Positions 12,991 through 25,061 are shown, numbered from the stretch's first letter. The stretch: 64,000 nt of DNA from Mobula birostris (GCF_030028105.1 NC_092383.1:86013921-86077920), one strand, 5' to 3'. Program-made: numbers and translations. The notes: generated from the letters alone by a model not told the origin.

Positions 12991-14007
12991 CTATCGCTCT
13001 GGGTCCCATTCCCCTCGCAAATAGTTTAAACCCTCCCGAACCATGCTAGCAAACCTACCTGCAAGGATATTGCTCCCTCTCGAGTTCAGGTGCAACCCAT
13101 CCAATCTGTGCAGGTCCCACCTTCCCCAGAAGAGATCCCAATGATCTAAAAATCTAAAACCCTGCTCCCTGCCCCAAATCCTCAGCCACGCATTCAACTG
13201 CCATCTCCTCCAATTCTTACCATCTCTGTCACGTAGCACTGGCAGCAATCCTGAGAACATCACCCTTGAGGTCCTGTTCTTCAGCCTTCTGCCTAATTCC
13301 CAAAACTCACACTTCAGGACCTCATCCCTCTTCCTGCCTATGTCATTGGTCCCAACATGTATCACGACTTCTGGTTGCTTTCCCTCTCGTACCAGGATGT
13401 CATACACCCGGTCAGAGACATTCTGGACCCTGGCACCCGGGAGGCAACAAACCATGCGGGTGTCCTCCTCACGTCCACAAAATCTCCTGTCTGCTCCCCT
13501 GACTATAGAGTCTCCAATGACAACAGCTCTCCTCTTCTCCGTCCCACCCTTCTGCGCCACAGGGTCAGACTCAGTGCCGGAGGCCCTGCCACCATGGCCC
13601 ACACCTGGTCGGTCGTCCCCACCAACAGTATCCAGGATGGTAAACTTATTATTCAGGAGAATGGCGATAGGGGTGCTCTGCACTACCTGTCTGCTCACCT
13701 TCGCTTTCCCCCCTCTGACTGTCACCCAACGACCTGCTTCCAACAGCCTAGGTGTGACTACCTCCCTGTAGCTCTCATCTATGACTGCCTCATTCTCCCT
13801 TATGAGTCAAAGGTCATCCAGCTGCTGCTCCAGATTCCTTACACAGTCTTCCAGATCGCCCACCTGTATGCACTTCTGACAGATGTGACTCTGCAGGAGA
13901 GGGGAGTTCCCCCAAGACTGCCACATCTTACATGAGAGGCACATCACCATCTCAGGAGACATTGTAAAAACTAACTGCGATCTAGCTTGTCCTCCGCCTC
14001 TTCTCAA
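12991..14007 (-). pseudogene. CR1 ORF1 (N-terminal zinc-finger-like CLSC..C.KC plus SGNH esterase domain), frameshifted
   Basis: VVIGDSIVRG (GDS), PGARVQ, VVIHVGTNDIG (GxND), DGLHLN (DxxH). Confidence 0.92.
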
Positions 14008-14817
14008 GCCTCTCGAGTCAAAGCCTCAAAGCTCTACTCCTTCACTGGCCAACTCACACTATGGCCACTTTGCTTGAGCTATCCCTCTATTTATCTGTTT
14101 GAGCTTTTCAAAATGTTTGGTCACCTGACCTCGACTGCCCAATCAGCTGCTTTCTGCTGAGTCTGAGCTTATTCAAATCTTGATTGTCTAATTAATGGCT
14201 TACTGCTGATCTATTCAAATCTTGATTGACTTGATTGCACAGACCAACTGCCAAAACTGCCAGAATCTCTTGAGTCAAAGCCTCAAAGCTCCACTCCTTC
14301 ACTGGCCCACTCACGCTCTGGGGGTATTGGGGGTCCTCAATGATGGATGCTGCCTTTTTGAAGCATCGGCTTCTGAAAGTGTTCTCGATGCTGGGCAGGG
14401 TAGTACCCGTGATGGAGTTGGCTGAGTTCACATCTTTCTGCAGATTTCTCAGATCCTGCACACCAGGCAGTGATGCAATCAGTTAGAATGCTCTCCACGG
14501 AACATCTGCAGAAATCTGTGAGTATCATTAATGACAGACCAAGTCTCCTCAAACTCCTAAAGAAATATGCTGCTGTCGTGCCTCCTTGGTAATTGCAACA
14601 ATATGTTGGGCCCAGGATATACCTTCAGAAATGTTGGCACTGAGGAACTTGAAACTGCTCATCCTTTCCCCTGCTGATCCCTCGCTGTGCACTGGTGTGT
14701 GTTCACTAGACTTTCCCTTCCTGAATCGGGACCAGCTGGGGGGCCCTCTGGTCGGCATGGAGAGACTGGGCCGAAAGGCCTTTATCCGCGCTGTATTGCT
14801 CTGTAACTCTACGAGAT

Positions 14818-15300
14818 TGTTGTGAGTGCTGAACTGAACCACATGGAAACCGAAAGTGTGAGATACAAAAGAACTTTATTCAACACAGCAGATCCAGAGA
14901 ATCTATTTCTGCTCTCTCCAAGCATCAGTACAGTGACGTTTTATACTTTTCAACAAAAAGACAACAATAAGTGATTAAATGCATTTTAGTAGCTATTGTT
15001 ACCTAACATTTGACTTCAATTTTTGAAAATAAACAGGCAACTTTTGCAGAATTGCATATTTACAATGGGAGATCAGCACATCTGAATAGACTAGTGGCTG
15101 GTCCAAGAGCTTCTGAGCATAAACACCAGGCACCCAAAATATATATCTTTTATTGCAGAGCTGAGCAATGAACCCTTGACTATACAAAAGCAGGTATGTG
15201 CCTTTAACACTGTGTTAATACAGGAGACGACCACTTAATGGCTCCCTTGATTTTATCCTGAAGGCTTCATTAAGTACAATTTAACATCACCATTCATCTG
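14818..15300 (-). repeat. Possible solo LTR
   Basis: Minus strand has aataaa followed ~55 nt later by ...cactcacaaca (CA end); other boundary not established. Confidence 0.3.
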
Positions 15301-15314
15301 TTGTCTCATCCTAT

Positions 15315-15480
15315 GGCAGTGTATAATCAGATGAGGCCATCCTCAGGGTGGAAGATCAAAAGCTTATTTTCCATCTGGTTAACCTCCAACCTGATGGCAT
15401 GAAAATCAGTTTCTCCTCCTCACCTTTTCTTCTATTCCCCACCTGCCGATCACCTCCCCCTGGATCCCTCCCTCTTCACT
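15315..15480 (+). mobile_element. Penelope-like GIY-YIG C-terminal fragment
   Basis: Homologous to 18030-18140 (LIF.L..LQPDGM motif). Confidence 0.6.
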
Positions 15481-15559
15481 TTCTCATATGTTCTCGCAAT
15501 GTTGTAAAATAATAAAAAATGCAAATATTCAAGAGGGGGGGTGAATACTTTTTATAGGC

Positions 15560-16310
15560 ACTGTAGATCAGCTGGGAGTTTGGGACAGAGAAAAGACAGA
15601 TAGACTTCAAATCACACAAGCATGAGGTGTTGCATTTTGAGAGGTCAAATGCAGTTATGTAGTAACTGGCAGGACCCTTTGGAGCACTGATCGACAATGG
15701 GATTGTGGCACGAAAGTCCACAGCTCCCGAAAGTAACAATACAAGTGAACAGGGCAGCAAAGGCAGCATACGGCATGATTGCCAGCATTGAGTATGAAAG
15801 TTAGCAAGTCATGTTGCAACTGTGTAAAACTTTGGCAACATTTGGAGTAATTGTGTTTAGTTTTGGTCTCCACAATATAGAAAGAATGTGGAGGCTTCAG
15901 AGATGCTACAGTAGAGGTTAACCATGGTTTGGCCTGGATTAGAGTGTAATAGCTATATGGAGAGTGTAGACAAACTTGGAGTGTCAGAGTATGAGGGGTG
16001 ACCAATTGGAAGAGTGTAAACTTATGACAGGCATAGATAGTAGAGATAGTCATAATTCCCTGGGTAAAATTATAAAATACCAAAGGACTTACATTCAAGG
16101 TGTGCAGTAGAAAACCTTGAAGGGGATGTGAGAGACATTTTTTTTACACAGGGAGTATAAATGGTGCCTGGAATGGTCTACCAAGGGACGTGGTGGAAGC
16201 AGATACAATAGCAACATTGAAAAGGTATTTAAACAGACACATGGACAGGTAAGAACATGTGCAGGCAGATAGGATTAGGTAGATAGGAATAATGGTCAGT
16301 ACAGACAGGG
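15560..16310 (+). mobile_element. Old CR1 3' fragment
   Basis: Degenerate HFGRSN, KTL...LEYCV.FWSP.YRK and 3'UTR-like ggtaggaataatggtc. Confidence 0.7.
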
Positions 16311-16544
16311 TGAGTCCCTGTGTTATACCCTTATATAATTTATATCCTATATTCTTTATTTCACTGAATTGGCCTCTACAGTTAAGGGAGTAGATTTCCA
16401 GTCAGCCTCATACAGCAATCTCTCCTTATATAACAAACACAAAATCCCAAGAATCTTTCTGGGTAAATGTTGCTGTACTCAGTCCATTTTAAGTGTGTCC
16501 TCCTTTAGATGGGAAGAACTAGACTTGTCCAGATCTAGCCTCCA

Positions 16545-16960
16545 AGAGGATCACAATCTTGTCATGGTTTGGAGGCTTGTATGCCTGAATGACCTGGAGA
16601 GCTACATTGACCGGAGTCAAGGCATTATGCTTTGGCTCTTGGTAGGGTTACCCTTGTCAAACAGGTCAAACAGTAGAGGCCAGACTAAGTGTAGTCTATA
16701 AGTCCTCCTGGTTCAGTTGTTCAGCTCAGGACTAACAACCCTGACAGGTAAAACAAAACTGCTGTGGAAACAGCAATGAAGTATTTTCCTATATCTGAGT
16801 GTGATAGTATTCCGGAGTCTCAACCTGGGATTTGCATGACTAACAATAGTGAAAACTGAGAGAAGGCTACTGACATGATGAAGGAAGCCCTGAACACCAC
16901 CAGCGATGGAGGACTTTCATCGCTGCCTGAAACGCCAGTGGTGTAATGGGTAGTAACACA
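16545..16960 (+). mobile_element. RTE/Expander 5'UTR-like repeat
   Basis: cctgaatgacc..gagagcta...ggtagggttaccc..gtcaaacaggtc...ggccagact...actaacaaccctg pattern recalled from fish RTE leaders; no ORF to confirm it. Confidence 0.4.
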
Positions 16961-17084
16961 GAGATGATTTGGATTCAGACACTCATTGCCAATGGGCTAT
17001 ACTTGCCTGTGAAGGGGAACTGGAAGAGGGGTGTGTCTGAAAGAAGCAGCTCACAATCAGCTTGAGAGAATAATTATTTGGATA

Positions 17085-17335
17085 GATTCAGTGGCCAGTT
17101 TATTAGGTACACCAATACACCTGTTCATTAATGCAAATACCTAATCAGCCAGTCATGTGACAGCCACACAATGCATAAAAGCATGCACATATGATCAAGG
17201 GGTTCAGCTGTTGTTCAGACCAAAGTTTGGAATGGAGAAGAAATATGACATCAGTGATTTAAAAAAAATTCCAGTTCTGTGCGCGCAATGCCTGGTTAAT
17301 GAGAGAGGTCAGAGGTGTTGGAAACCACTGCTTTT
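17085..17335 (+). mobile_element. Tc1/mariner deletion derivative (left part; the rest at ~18575-18738)
   Basis: Terminal cagtggcca.tttattaggtacacc; inverted end gtaccaaataaagtggcctctgagtg at ~18710-18735. Confidence 0.7.
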
Positions 17336-17861
17336 TAAAAACAATACTTTTTCTTATAAGATTTGTACATTTTAACAAATTTATGTATTTTTCACAGTAA
17401 GTAGTAGTTCGTCCCCACTCCCTGACAGAAACCGGTATAGCAGTTAAACTAACGGTTTATCACCTTCCTCACTTTCCATTGGCTAAGTATTAGCAAGTTA
17501 CCCACGAGAGGTAATTGTTTTAATTATGTGGCCTATTAATTAGTTTATTTCTATCGATTTTCCTGATCTTAACTATAAAGGTCATGGATTTTTCAGAGAT
17601 GCCATCATTTTGACTTCACATCTTTTGCTATTCATTTACCTCCAGGCATAATTTCTCACACTTCATTTACTTTGCTTAATCTGCTGAGTTACTCCAGCAT
17701 TTTGTGCGTGTTGCTTAGTATTTGTCTGTTTATTTGTACTTTAAAATAAATGATCATTAGAGCTAAGACTGCTCGTCGTTCCTGTCTCCTGAACGAACCC
17801 GAAGGATCAGTAAATAAACAGAGGTCTAATAGAGGACAATGGCCAAACTGGTTTAAACTGA

Positions 17862-18570
17862 CAGGAAGATGACAGTATCTTCTATATATTGGCGAGACCC
17901 AATGCAGACTGGAAGACCATTTCACTGAACACCTACGCTCTGTCCGCCAGAGAAAGCAAGATCTCCCAGTGGCCACACATTTTAATTCCACACCCCATTC
18001 CCATTCTGATATGTCTATGCATGGCCTCCTCTACTGTCAAGATGAAGCCACACTCAGGTTGGAGGAACCACACCTTATATTCCGTTTGGGGAGCCTCCAA
18101 CATGATGGCATGAACATTGACTTCTCTAACTTCTGTTAATGCCCCTCCTCCCCTTCTTACCCCATCCCTTAGTTATTTTTTTTCCCTTTCTTTCTCTCTC
18201 TCCCTTTTCTCCCTCTGTCCCTCTCACTATAACTCCTTGCCTGCTCTCCATCTCCCTCTGGTGCTCCTCTCCTCCCATCCCATGATCCTCTCCCTTCTCC
18301 AGCCTTGTATCCCTTTTGCCAATCAACTTTCCAGCTCTTAGCTCCATCCCTCCCCCTCCTGTCTTCTATCAATTCGGATCTCCCACTTCCCCTCCCACTT
18401 TCAAATCTCTTACAATCTCTTCTTTCAGTTAGTCCTGACAAAGGGTCTCGGCCCGAAACGTCGACTGTACCTCTTCCTATAGAAGCTGCCTGACCTGCTG
18501 CGTTTCACTAGCATTTTGTGTGTGATGCTTGAACTTCCAGCATCTGCAGATTTTCTCGTGTTTGCGTAAC
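17862..18570 (+). mobile_element. Penelope-like element 3' part: GIY-YIG endonuclease, pyrimidine-rich spacer, hammerhead motif, tail
   Basis: Translation LYIGETQCRLEDHFTEHLRSVR...DLPVATHFNS..HSH.DM...L....DEATLRLEEPHLIFRLGSLQHDGMNIDFSNF*. Confidence 0.85.
18430..18467 (+). ncRNA. Minimal type I hammerhead ribozyme motif (core variant, G8>A)
   Basis: tagtc-CTGACAA-a-gggt ctcg gccc-GAAAC-GTC-gactg: stem I tagtc/gactg, stem II gggt/gccc, palindromic ACGT stem III. Confidence 0.7.
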
Positions 18571-18787
18571 TCAAATAAACATGCGTTACAACAGTGGTGT
18601 GCAGAAGGTGTGCAATGCGCGGCATGCCAACACGCATGCTCTTATGCATCGAGTTCCTGCCATATGATTGGTTGATTAGGTATTTGCATTTTCAAACAAG
18701 TGTACAACTGTACCAAATAAAGTGGCCTCTGAGTGTAAATCTTCTGCCTTACTCCACATAATGACTTTGTCAAGCTTATTCTGAGTC

Positions 18788-19030
18788 CTATGGAGTACCA
18801 GGAGAGAAAGCTTTCCGTCTGGGCTTTGTGGGTTGGCTTTGAAATTTGATATCTGCGTAGGTGGTGTTGTCCTCATCCATAACAGAGTGTCCTGCTCGTG
18901 ACTTCCTTTTAAATTTCATGTTTGCATACACAGTTCCATTTTCATTGTTAGCTGACTGAGCAGCTGCCTCATTGTTTTGATCATGGTGTAGATCAGCATA
19001 AACAATGTTTTCTTCCAACATGGCCGTTTC
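18788..19030 (-). CDS. Terminal cytoplasmic exon of inhibitory CD300/pIgR/MDIR-like receptor
   Basis: Acceptor ttatcatttcag|GAA (phase 0); ETAMLEENIVYADL...NGTVYANM...DNTTYADI...SPGTP*. Confidence 0.88.
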   Translation of the reverse strand, partial: ETAMLEENIVYADLHHDQNNEAAAQSANNENGTVYANMKFKRKSRAGHSVMDEDNTTYADIKFQSQPTKPRRKAFSPGTP

Positions 19031-19489
19031 CTGAAATGATAAATCAATTCCATTATCTATTGTCTGGTTGGTGAATGTGGAAGGTGAGGCACGAAAGGTT
19101 GCAGGGAGAAGGCTCCTTGCTTTCTGATCTATGGTTTTAAGTTGCCGGATTTTTAAAAAAATTATCTTATGTTTATAGCTAGAGTTCTATTCTCAACTTT
19201 AAGTGGAAACATATTCACTACTCTATAAAACAATTTGATACTCTTGCAGACATCTACCAGAACACCTTCAGTTTCCTCTCTTTAAATAAACCCTGATTCA
19301 TTCAATCAGCTTGTAGAATATAATTTTCCAGAATGTTTGACAACAGTTTATGACTCAGTGGCTGTAATCCTTAGTCCGGACCCACTACTAACTGGGCAAC
19401 AACAGCATGTTGCTTTACAACACCAACACACTAAACTGGTCGAAGGTGTTTCACAGAGTTTAGCAAGGGAAGAGGTTGAAAATGAACTT

Positions 19490-19880
19490 GAGCTAGGGCT
19501 TTTACTCTTTGGAGAGAAGGGGGATGACAGGAGACATGATAGAGGTGTACAAGATAATAAGAGGAATAGATAGAGTGGATAGCCAGCGCCCCTTCCCCAG
19601 GGCACCACTGCTCAATACAAGAGGGCATGGCTTTAAGGTAAGGGGTGGGAAGTTCAAGGGAGATATTGGAGAAGGTTTTTTACTCAGAGAGTGGTTGGTG
19701 TGTGGAATGCACTGCCTGAGTCAGTGGTGGAGGCAGATACACTAGTGAATTTTAAGAGACTACTAGACAGGTATATGGAGGAACTTAAGGTTAGGGGGTT
19801 ATATGGGAGGCAGGGTTTGAGGGTCGGCACAACATTGTGGGCTGAAGGGCCTGTAATGTGCTGTACTATTCTATGTTCTA
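19490..19880 (+). mobile_element. 5'-truncated CR1 3' end, same subfamily as 10044-14317
   Basis: GDMIEVYKIIRGIDRVDSQ..FPRAPLLNTRGHGFKVRGGKFKGD; tail tactattctatgttctatg. Confidence 0.92.
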
Positions 19881-20544
19881 TGCTCTATGTTAACTTGAGA
19901 ATTATTTGGGTAAATTACAATACTTTTAGGGTTTACAGTCTAAATGGTTTGTTGTAGCAGGTTAATTGATCACATGGGTGTAATTGAGTGGTTCGTGGGT
20001 TGGAAGGACCGGTTACTCTGCTGTATCTCTAACAAACAAAAGTTAAGAGGACAGAATTGCAGGAGTTCATGGATTTGTGGGATTTGTCCAGTATGTGGGA
20101 TTTGGGCAGCTGAAGCTACTGACATTGGTGGTGGGATTCAGAGACTGGAGGATGCACAAGAGGAACACACAGTTCTCTGAGGGTACAGCTCTTGGAGGGG
20201 AAGTGATGCCAACAAGGGAAAATGTATGGCAGAGCAGAATCCTTCAACAGTCCCCACCCTGCAGTTCCTTTGAGAAAGTGAAAAGCAACTGATGAAGTTG
20301 AGAGAACAATTGAATCCCTTTGATAACATTGACCCTAATTATTCAATTAGGACAAAGTTAAATCAATTGGGATTTTAATGAAGAAGATAATAAAAATTAA
20401 ACAAACATTCTGAAAACTGTGGAAAATATCACAAAAAATGTTGTTTATAACAGACCGAATAGACAATAGAATATTCATACTGGTGTCAGGATTGAGGGGT
20501 AGAGTGAGAAAGTTGGGTGGGTGAGGTCAGCAGAGAACAGATAT

Positions 20545-20790
20545 TTACTTATTTAGATATACCGCATGGTAACAGGCCATTCTGGCCAAACAAACCCATA
20601 CTACCCAATTAAACCCATGTGACCAAAGTAACGGACTTTGGTATGTGGGAGGAAATGGGCGCACCCAGAGGAGATCCACACAGTCATGGGGAGAACATAC
20701 AGACAGCAGCCACAGTGAATGTACGTTGCTGGCGCTGTTACAGCGTTACGCAAACCGCTATGCCAGCGTGCCATCCCCAGTTTATTCTTC
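20545..20790 (-). mobile_element. SINE (HE1-like elasmobranch SINE), degenerate
   Basis: Shares ctttgg..tgtggga..aa...gcacccag.gga.a.ccac.ca.tca.ggggaga with copies at 21.3 and 23.3 kb; (ATTT)n-like tail. Confidence 0.55.
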
Positions 20791-21228
20791 TGAATAGACT
20801 TGCCCTATTTTTCTGACTTCACATCAGAGTTTGAGACTCAGACGGATTACACAAAATGTAAGCTGGTAAATTATTAAACCCAAAGACAGATTTAGACAAT
20901 TAGACACTCGATCTCCAACAGTAGAGAAAGGACCAACCTCACTTTTCACCATTTGGTAATGATAATCAGGCCTGGAGCCACTTTGAAGAATAGTAACGCA
21001 AAATATTATGGATAGACTGAAAGAAAATCTGGATGAGCATGAGAGCAAGGGACAAATAACTGGAAGGATATGCTGATGGGATTCAGTGAGAGGGGTGTTC
21101 AGAGGTTTGTGTAAAATATTAATACTGGAATGGACTGGGAGGGGGGAATGAATGATCTGTAAACTCCTATGTAATCCAATTGTTAAACATTCTGAAACAT
21201 TCAGACACTTTATACTTCATGTCCGTAC

Positions 21229-21275
21229 CTGGGTTTCATTGTTGCCTTCTCCGTGAGATGTGTTGTGCTTCGATT
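21229..21275 (-). CDS. Short cytoplasmic exon (47 nt, phase 1->0) of the inhibitory receptor
   Basis: tgtattttccag|AA TCG AAG...ACC CAG|gtacgg; (E)SKHNTSHGEGNNETQ joins the TM exon to the terminal exon in frame. Confidence 0.75.
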
Positions 21276-21334
21276 CTGGAAAATACAACATTACTGCTAA
21301 AAATTCCATGAGGGGAGCACAGGCATGAATATGT

Positions 21335-21645
21335 ATTTACTTATTTATTGAGTGATACAACACAGAGTCGGCCCTTGCAGCCCTTTGAGCTTCGCCACCC
21401 CAGCAACCCCCGACAAACCAGATTAACCCTATCCTAATCATGCGACAATTTCCATTGACTCATTCACCTACCTGGTACGTCTTTGGACTGTGGCAGGACA
21501 CTGGAGGACCCGGAGTGTATCCATGCATCCCACAGGGAGGGCATACAGAGACTCCTTTCAGAACGGCTCTGGAATTGAACTGCAAACTCTAGAACGCCCC
21601 GAGCTGTAATAGCTTCACCTGAACCGCTAGGTTACCATGACCCCC
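21335..21645 (-). mobile_element. SINE copy
   Basis: Closely similar to 23335-23645. Confidence 0.65.
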
Positions 21646-23334
21646 ATACTGAATCACAGAACCACGGGAACCCCAGCTGCAACACAGTAATGATTCTCCA
21701 CACAGAGCAATCCTCTGCTCTGGTTACTACACAATGTTCAGAAAGGATCATAGTTTCTACAACCCCCCCACCACCTTCTCTGCTACTGAAAACTAATGTT
21801 TACCATCTTTGTACAGTGTAATGACGGTTTTGGATTTGACATTTTAATTGTTTTTCATTGTTAAAAATTCTGTCTGATCTACCAAGCATTTTCTACATTG
21901 TCTGTGTGTGCATTTAGATCAGATTTCTCCCTCACAATATGGTGGAGCAGATTATCTGACAAAATTCTCATTATCTCTCCAGGTCTCTGTGGCAGATTGT
22001 CCCTCAGACAGAAGGAACAAACTGCCCAAAATAAAAATCACCTCATTTTCCAACTGACCATAAAAAAACACTTTTCAAATTCAACACTGAGATCAACAAT
22101 TTAATCTGTTGCCTCACCCTGGGGTCATACAGAATCTGAATGTTCCATTCTCAATAAGTGGTTTTGATGACCTGAGACTATTAGTGGATGTTATGTCCCC
22201 GCCGATATGGTTTGCTATTTTATTTCTAGCCACTAGATATCACTGCTTACTTGTAAGTTTGCAGCTGTTTTTCATTCCTTACAACTGTGTTTCTAAGCAA
22301 TTGACCTTCGACATCAGGTCGGCCATTTTATAATCATTTGTATATTTTTTTCATTCAGAAACACTTTGTTACGAGTCAAATGAATTTATAATAATATTTA
22401 AATCCATCTCTTGTGAGATCATCTAGAAACACTGTCATTTTGCTCACTGAGTTCCTGGCTTACTGTAATGTGTTGCTGGACAATAGAACTGCCTTCAGAC
22501 TACAACTACACCTGGACTGGAGTTTACCTGTCTGACTAACTTAAGAAAACAGGGAAAACTCCTGAGTGAGGGCAGAACAGTGGAAGTTGAGTTGTGAACA
22601 GATTTTACTTCCCAAAGCCCGTCTCATTTTTTTATTAATAGTAGTTAACAATATAAAGAGAAATGTCAAAGGAAATCAAGAGCAGTACACTCTGTTACTG
22701 ATGAGGATAATGTCACCAATGAAGATATCAAATTTCAAAGCCCGCCCATCTTTAATTCTTCATTAATCCTATTACCACCCACCTTTTGCCTCACACATTT
22801 TCTTTTCTAGTGATTTTTTCTGTCTTGTACTCTATCAGAATCGCACTTTTTTGTGCTTGCTTCCGTGCTTCCTCTGCACCTCGAGACTTGTTATTGCTCA
22901 CATTTTCCAGTTCTGATGCAAGACCGTTGCCTTGAAGGATCAGCTGTTCCTCTCTCCACAGCTGCCATCTGACATGCTGAGCATCCAGAGCACTTTTCTG
23001 CCTGTATCTCAGGTATTGAACTTTTAGGGAATTTCTCTTTGGAAAAGAATGCATTCCTTCTGTTCAGATCTATGCAACAAACAGTGACTTGGCGATAATA
23101 CAAGGCTGAAAGTAACTGTCTGGTTTGTTGGAGAGAGAGAGAAGCCAGGAAATACGTCACGGGGAGCAGTCGAATTATTAGTTGTTATAATTTTCAGCCA
23201 ATGAGATATGAGGCTGCAGGGGCTTTATTTTCCAGTGATCAACTCAATTTCCCCATCTGAAAATAACACACAGAAGATCACTGTACTCACAGCTCTCTTT
23301 ACTGGTATACAAAGTCTATTGAAGGGACACAAGA

Positions 23335-23645
23335 TTACTCATTTATTTATTTATAGATCACAGAGTAGGCCCTTCTGGCCCTTTGAGCCATGCTGACCCA
23401 GCAACCCTGACAAACATGATTAACCTTAACCTAATCATGGGACAATTTACAATGACCAAATAACATACCTGGTACGTCTTTGGGCTGTGGGAAAAATGTA
23501 GAACACCCCGGGAAAGCCTACACACTCGATGGTGAGGACATAGAGACTCCTTACTGAATTTCACCGGAATTGAACTCCAAACTCCAAAGTACCCCGAGGA
23601 GTAATCACGTCATGCTAACCCCTACGCTACCATGGTGCCCATCTC
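23335..23645 (-). mobile_element. SINE copy
   Basis: Closely similar to 21335-21645; atttatttattt tail. Confidence 0.65.
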
Positions 23646-24179
23646 AGGATCATCTCAACAAAGCAGACCTATAAGTTAATCTACAGCAACTTTTCCAATA
23701 AGAGCAGGGAAGTTTCTCCAGTGATATGTAGTGAGTGATAGATTGGTAAAAGATACACCTGATCTTTAATTGGAGAATTGCACGTAAGTATGATTTTACA
23801 CATACATTGTCCAAATGATTACATTTAATTGGAGGTTGTACTGAGGAACAGCTTATTGAATACACTTTCAAATACTGTACAACAGCTAATTTCCCAAAAC
23901 TGAGAACAACAGGTGAGACCATCTAAATCTTTCTTCTACCCAAACTCTTGGTTCTCTGCCATTCCACAGTTGATGTGAGATTCCATCGCCTGATGTTTCA
24001 GGAATAATGGAGTCACCAGGTTACAGTGAGAGCAACACCATTCATTCATGTGTTGTAAACCAACACATCAGCACTCTAAACCTGGCTTTTTGTTCACTGC
24101 AGCCAGATCAAGTTCATTAAGATTCAGCAGCTAGCTATCATATTCATCATGAAATAATGAAAGCAAAAACAAAACCTAC

Positions 24180-24271
24180 CCTTGTTTTTTCTCTTCAGGT
24201 AGCAGAGGAGACAAATGACAAGTAGTATGAGAAGAATTCCAATGACACTGAGCACAATTATGTAAGTGTGG
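24180..24271 (-). CDS. Transmembrane exon (92 nt, phase 2->1), uncharged TM, inhibitory receptor
   Basis: cctttccttttctttaccgcag|C CAC ACT...AAC AAG G|gtaggt; HTYIIVLSVIGILLILLVICLLCYLKRKNK. Confidence 0.88.
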
Positions 24272-25022
24272 CTGCGGTAAAGAAAAGGAAAGGGTTAGTC
24301 CTTGTTCACCATTTATTCTTGGCCATTTGTAAAGTCTGACATTTACACAGCATTTTTCATGAGCTCAGGATGTCTGCAGCTCAGAAAATGAATATTAGAC
24401 ACTGTTGACTGTGGGAAATTGCAGCAGCGAATCTGCTCACAGCAAAGTCTCACAAGCAGAAATGTGACCATGACCAATGATAGTGATGTTGGTTAGAGTG
24501 TAACGATTGTCCAGGCCATTTGGGAACCCTACCATATTCCTTTACAAACATTTCATCAGAACTGTTGCACAATGGGTTTGATTGGTGTTTTCTTCTCCAA
24601 CAGACACCATTGCTGACCATGTAGCTGAACCTGTTCTTGGAATGGCCCCCATGGTTTTCTTCGTTTCGTGGCTGTCTGGACTCTTGTCTGGCTTGGATGA
24701 GTCAGGCTGAAGAGCCTGTTGTTCTAATATATAACAATGACTTTATGACTCAGAACATGAGCTTCAACTGCTATACTTAAATTATTAAATATTTAGGTTA
24801 AGAAAATTATATTTGTTTTCAGGCTTAATGCCTGTGCAATAAAATCAGGAATACTCAGTTTCCAATACATCATTTCATTGAAGTTAATCATGTCAAACAA
24901 GTGTAAATCCAGTTAAAGAGAAACAAATTTCTCTCCCACTGAATATATTTGGAAACAGTCGCAGTGAACCCTCCTGTAGAGAGAACCTTATACTTTACAT
25001 TTGAGGTGAAATAGTTTCTTAC

Positions 25023-25061
25023 CTTTGTGTACTTGTCATTGATTTTGTCACAGTATTTTCA
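25023..25061 (-). CDS. Ser/Thr-rich stalk exon (39 nt, phase 2->2)
   Basis: aatttcag|T GAA AAT...CAA AG|gtaaga; ENTVTKSMTSTQ; its AG plus the C of the TM exon gives Ser. Confidence 0.65.

Larger units (their letters stand above)
10044..14317 (-). mobile_element. Full-length CR1 LINE (5'UTR, ORF1, ORF2, 3'UTR with TTCTATG-type tail)
   Basis: ORF1 and ORF2 as listed below; tail gtgctgtactattctatgttctat; short ctggg(g)t duplication at both flanks. Confidence 0.95.
9810..14725 (-). mobile_element. Rex1-like 3' fragment split into 9810-10043 and 14318-14725 by the CR1 insertion
   Basis: SSFKFLSANISEGISWAQHI; FCRCSVESILTDCITAW; SRCFKKAASIIEDPQYP; the sequence resumes across the CR1 (cctgggt / ctggggt). 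Confidence 0.75.

Noticed and set aside
18117-18493. Several Leu/Ser/Pro- or Gly/Arg/Glu-rich ORFs
   Set aside because: Products of the pyrimidine-rich spacer of the Penelope element.
22891-23070. Open frame after a phase-1 acceptor (DLNRRNAFFSKEK...) as an extra cytoplasmic exon
   Set aside because: Its only good donor would create TAA with the next exon, it has no family motif, and the gene is complete without it. It cannot be excluded as a minor isoform.
24199-24261. Apparent plus-strand exon (ctcttcag|...|gtaagt)
   Set aside because: Stop codons in all three frames; it is the antisense of the well-supported TM exon.
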